DNA of 64,000 bases, taken from positions 5,084,001-5,148,000 of the forward strand of contig CP075497.1 of NCBI GenBank assembly GCA_021613535.1. The letters are read 5' to 3'. Each line of letters starts with the position of its first letter. The stretch's first letter is position 1. Below, piece by piece: positions 63,595 through 64,000 of the stretch. The DNA comes from Adineta vaga. Taxonomy: Eukaryota > Animalia > Rotifera. The position numbers and the translations under genes were made by a program. Under the pieces are notes generated by a model that did no database searches, was not told the DNA's origin, and saw only the letters and a program-made list of their open reading frames with translations.

Positions 63595-64000
63595 ATGTCA
63601 ATATGTCTTCCTCATACGATTAAATACCAATTAACCTGTTGTCCATCGGTACATGATGTTCCATCTGAAGTAAATGATTTATTCATTAGAAAGAATATTA
63701 TTATCATTTATATTCTACGAAATTTAGATCAATGCTGCGACAGTCTTCGCTGTATCCGATACTTGTTTACTTCTAATTAATAATGGCATTGATCGACTTC
63801 TTTTATTTGATCTTTCCTTATCTTCATTAAAAATACATGATATCAATTGGCCTAGTGATATTTATGGAGCTATTCGAGACATTTGTTGGGCGAAATATAT
63901 CAATACATTTTTGATCTTAGGAGAAGATGTTCTTTGTTCATATTCTCCTAACTCAAATCAATTAGTAGTTCAAGTAGAAAATCCATCTCTTAACGATCGA
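63595..64000 (+). CDS. Partial hypothetical protein, beta-strand-rich (possibly beta-propeller-like), runs off the window
   Basis: Exon 63595-63669, intron 63670-63727, then an open frame to the window end: INAATVFAVSDTCLLLINNGIDRLLLFD..INWP..GAIRDICWAKYINTFLILGED. Confidence 0.6.

Noticed and set aside
1-64000. Transposons, retroelements or rRNA
   Set aside because: I recognised no transposase, reverse transcriptase or integrase motifs, terminal repeats or rRNA-like sequence; short degraded elements could have been missed by eye.

Overview
AT-rich, gene-dense eukaryotic (animal) genomic DNA with many short GT-AG introns of about 45-70 bp. The composition, intron sizes and mix of metazoan genes with bacterial/fungal-looking genes fit a bdelloid rotifer best (inference, not proven). 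The supplied ORF track is mostly exon fragments and antisense noise, so genes were reassembled by hand across splice sites. Left to right: a frameshifted bacterial-type MBL-fold hydrolase; two divergent SNG1/DUF3533-like membrane proteins; NK7 homeobox gene with a ~4.4 kb non-coding upstream region; a small orphan ORF; a Ser/Asp racemase-family enzyme; casein kinase 1 gamma; CCDC81; an Mps1/TTK-like kinase; a 17.5 kb ABCA transporter gene whose 4.9 kb intron holds two complete genes (USP4/11/15-like on the host strand, AP2M1 opposite); NPHP1; an uncharacterised microbial-type protein; CUL4; MRPL44; a Cys2-type serine O-acyltransferase; five identical tRNA-Gly(GCC) genes with a non-canonical T-loop plus one tRNA-Gly(CCC); rabenosyn-5; a paxillin-family gene; CCT7; and a partial gene at the right edge. 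Most notable: the doubly nested ABCA intron, the C55 tRNA-Gly array with mosaic spacers, operon-like junctions (poly(A) signal then an unpaired splice acceptor) suggesting SL trans-spliced polycistrons, and a left-end cluster of candidate horizontally acquired detoxification genes. No transposase, rRNA or CRISPR was seen.
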